This document shows positions 61,415-64,000 of a stretch of 64,000 bases of DNA, one piece after another; position 1 is the first letter of the stretch; every line of letters begins with the position of its first letter. The notes under the pieces are model-generated. The model saw only the letters and a list, made by a program, of their open reading frames with translations. It had not been told where the DNA came from and made no database searches. The stretch is from the human T2T-CHM13v2.0 reference genome, Homo sapiens. The stretch lies in the NCBI RefSeq assembly GCF_009914755.1, contig NC_060935.1; one strand, 5' to 3'. The position numbers and the translations under genes were made by a program.

Positions 61415-63009
61415 TCTGTGAAGAAGAGAGAAAAAAGGAGGCAGAAAGCTTCTTTAAAGAAATAGTGGAAACAACTCCCCAAATCTGGGGCTGGAAATGT
61501 ATATCCAAATTCAAGAAGCCCAGTGGATCCCAAAGAAGATGAATCCAATGAAGTCAACACTAAGACACATTATAATCAAACTGTCAGAAATAAAAGACAG
61601 AATTTTGAAACAACAAAAGAAAACTGAATCATCACAAACAAGGGAAACTTCATAAGACTATCGGTGGATTTCATAGCAGAAACTTTGGAGGCAATATGAG
61701 AATGGGATAATATATTCAAAGTGCTGAATGAAAAAAAAAATTGCCAACAAAGAATAGTATCTCTGGCAAAACTATTCTTCAAAAATGGAGCAATAAAGAC
61801 TCTCCTAGATATTCAGAAGCTGTGGGAGTTCATCACCACTACACCTGCCATCCAAGAAAGGCTAAAGGGAGTCCTTCAAGTTGAAATGAAAAGACACTAA
61901 ACAGTAACACGAACAGGGAAGTATAAAGCTTGCTGATAAAGGTAAATATATAGACAAATACAGAATACTGTAACACTGTAATAGTAGTATATAAATCACT
62001 TTTAATTCTATAGAATTTAAATAAAAGTAGAGTATCTATAACTATAAAAATATGCAAATGGATACACAGTATAACAAGATCTACTTTGTGACATAAATAA
62101 TATAAAGTGGGTGGGGGTAGTGATAGAATAGTTTTTGTATGCACTTGAAGTTAAGTTGTTATCAGCTTAAAATATTTTGTTATAATTGTAAAATGTTTTG
62201 TGTTAGCCCCATGGTAACCACAAAGAAAATACCTTTAGAAGATACAAAAGAAAATGATAAAGGAATCAAAGCATGTCACTAAAAAAAAAAAAAAATAAAT
62301 GAAAACAGAAAGGAAAACTGCAAGAGAGGATAAGACAGAAAACAACAAAATGGCAATGGTAACTTCCTCTCTATTCAAAATTACTTTAAATGTAAATGGA
62401 TTAAACTGCCTAAGCAAAAGACACAGAGTGGCTGAATGAGTTTTAAAAATAACATCCAACTATATGCTGTCTACAAGAGATTCACTTAGATATAAGGGGA
62501 CACATCAGCTGAAAGAAGAGGGATGGAAAAAGATACTTCATGCAAATGGAAACCAAAATAGAGTAGGAGTAGCCATACTTTTATCACACAAAATATACTT
62601 TTTGTCAAAAACTGACACAAGAGACAAAGAAGGACATTACGTAATGATAAGAGGGATAATTCACCAGGAAGATATAGCAATTGTAAATTGTTATATAAAT
62701 GTACCCAGCATCAGAGCACCCAAATAGATGAAGCAAACAGTGACAGAACTGAAGGGAGAAATATGCAGCAAGACAATAATAGTAGGAGATTTCATACCCC
62801 ACTTTAAATAATAGAAGAGACAGAAGCTTGGTAAGGAAACAGAGGACTTGAACAACACTACAGACCAAATGTATCTAACAGACATACAAAACACCATACC
62901 CAACAGCTGCAGAATATACATTGTTCTCATGCACACATAGGACATTCTTCAAAACAGATCACAAGTTAGGTCACAAAATAAGTCTTAACAAATTTAAGAA
63001 GATTAAAAT

Positions 63010-63389
<380 letters not shown>

Positions 63390-64000
63390 TTATAAGTCAA
63401 CAAATTGGATCATGTGGAAAACAATGGATAAATTCCTAGAAGTCTATAGTCTACCAAGACTATGAATGGTAAATAATGAAGAATTTTAAAGCCTAAACAA
63501 AATATAATTAATAAGGCTATTGAAGCAGTAATTAAAAATCTTCCAACAAAGAAAATCTCAGGACCAGATGGCTTCACTGGTGAATTCTACCAAACGTTTA
63601 AAAAAGAATTAATGCCAATTCTTCTCAAACTCTTACAAAAAATTGAAGAGTAGGGAACACATCCAGATTCATTTTATGAGGCCAGCATTACTCTGATAGG
63701 AAAGCCAGATTAAAAACACCACAAGAAAATAAAACTGTAGGCCACTATCTGTGATGAAGATAGATGCAAAAATCTTCAACAAAAAACCTAGCAAATCAAA
63801 TTCAACAACACAGTAAAAGAATCATACATCATACCAAATGGAATTTATCCCTGGGATGCAAGGATGGCTCAACATAAGAACATTATTGAATTTGATACAT
63901 CACATTAACAGATTGAGGGATGAAAAAGCACATGATCATCTTAATATATGCCCCCAAAAAAGTATTTGACAAAAGTCAGCACACTTTCATGATAAAAACA

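Overview
AT-rich, CpG-poor primate (human-like) genomic DNA. I see no protein-coding exon, CpG island, or recognisable tRNA, rRNA, miRNA or snoRNA gene. Much of the window is interspersed repeat: about 20 Alu copies or monomers (J and S age), L1 copies of several ages, L2 and MIR relics, six MaLR solo LTRs, and hAT DNA transposon relics (MER45, MER103-like). The longest ORFs in the track are L1 ORF2 remnants or Alu read-throughs. The most informative structures are: (1) an L1PA with a twin-priming 5' inversion, TSD and ~150-nt junction deletion; (2) an old L1MC-type copy whose 5' terminus is fused directly to late ORF2; (3) three separate template-switch or fold-back scars inside repeats; (4) a TSD-less Alu that replaces ~0.5 kb of L1 ORF2; (5) a few well-formed + strand splice-site pairs in unique DNA, with all six MaLR LTRs on the - strand, suggesting the window lies in a + strand transcription unit (intron or lncRNA) that I cannot name. 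I found no convincing new biological system. Repeat subfamily names come from remembered consensus features and need RepeatMasker/Dfam confirmation; boundaries of old repeats are approximate.
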